Position numbers and translations under genes: made by a program
Part shown: piece by piece, positions 63,648-64,000 of the stretch
Position numbering within the stretch: position 1 is the first letter of the stretch
How the letters are laid out: each line of letters opens with the position of its first letter
IMG/VR virus record: IMGVR_UViG_3300033066_001466
Span: 1 to 64,000 of that record
Reading direction: 5' to 3' (one strand)
DNA from: a virus
Lineage: Duplodnaviria; Caudoviricetes
Length of the DNA stretch: 64,000 nucleotides
Notes under the pieces: generated by a model
Databases searched by the model: none
What the model saw: only the letters and a program-made list of their open reading frames with translations
What the model was told of the DNA's origin: nothing

Positions 63648-64000
63648 TTAATTTTCGTATTTTTCTGTACAAATATCTCTTTGAAGCATTCTTTGCTCTT
63701 CAATGTTAGGCATTCTATTAAAATGAGTTACAGCCAAAGCAAATAATTCGCTGTATCTATTAGAGACTTCTTCGGGTAAAGTATGAGAAAGACCATTTAG
63801 ATTAAGTTCTTCTATCTTTTCGCCGAATTTTGCATTATAGAGATAGCCAAAAACTTCTTTTTCTAGGTCTTCTGTGGCCGCAGTTGATAATTGACGGTAA
63901 TTCTTTTTGCCCGAATTTTGCAAATATTTAGCCAATACTAATTCATGTATCTTTGATTGGGCGTTTGTATACCATAGATTAGCCATAGCTGAACGAGGCT
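63648..64000 (-). CDS. 3' end of a gene that probably runs off the window edge (possibly portal C-terminus)
   Basis: Frame stays open upstream of ATG 63986 to the edge (PRSA-M...); position upstream of the protease. Confidence 0.4.
   Translation of the reverse strand, partial: PRSAMANLWYTNAQSKIHELVLAKYLQNSGKKNYRQLSTAATEDLEKEVFGYLYNAKFGEKIEELNLNGLSHTLPEEVSNRYSELFALAVTHFNRMPNIEEQRMLQRDICTEKYEN

Noticed and set aside
1-64000. CRISPR arrays, tRNA or rRNA genes
   Set aside because: No regularly spaced direct repeats or cloverleaf-like intergenic sequences seen; intergenic gaps are mostly under 100 bp (scan by eye, not tRNAscan)

Overview
This window is part of a large, AT-rich, tailed dsDNA phage genome (Caudoviricetes, probably siphovirus-like) using the standard genetic code. 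Two gene blocks converge on a bidirectional hairpin at ~38.2 kb. The plus strand (1-38.2 kb) carries nucleotide metabolism (thyX, class II RNR with an intein at the catalytic Cys, dUTPase, dNMP kinase), replication and recombination genes (RecA, DnaB, primase, a DnaE split into two intein-free genes around a DnaQ-like exonuclease, Cas4/RecB-like nuclease, putative annealing protein and SSB), a glycosyltransferase/PhoH cluster and an exported papain-protease module with Planctomycete-like proteins. The minus strand (38.2-64 kb) is the morphogenesis module: protease/scaffold, decoration protein, major capsid, neck, tail tube, chaperones, a 1995-aa tape measure and tail-tip proteins. Selfish elements are abundant: six free-standing homing-type endonucleases, one intein and a solo TnpB with a recognisable right end and guide. 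The main hidden structure is a recurrent motif CGGnGTATA 27-43 nt upstream of late-type genes (a candidate phage-specific promoter, including one before a nested scaffold start). It is coupled to RBS-sequestering hairpins in front of homing endonucleases. Other notable items are a diverged mini-copy of the tail-tube N-terminus interrupted by TGA, a 22-bp inverted repeat bracketing the tail module, and small Cys-rich membrane or lipoproteins. All calls were made by eye; no database searches were run.
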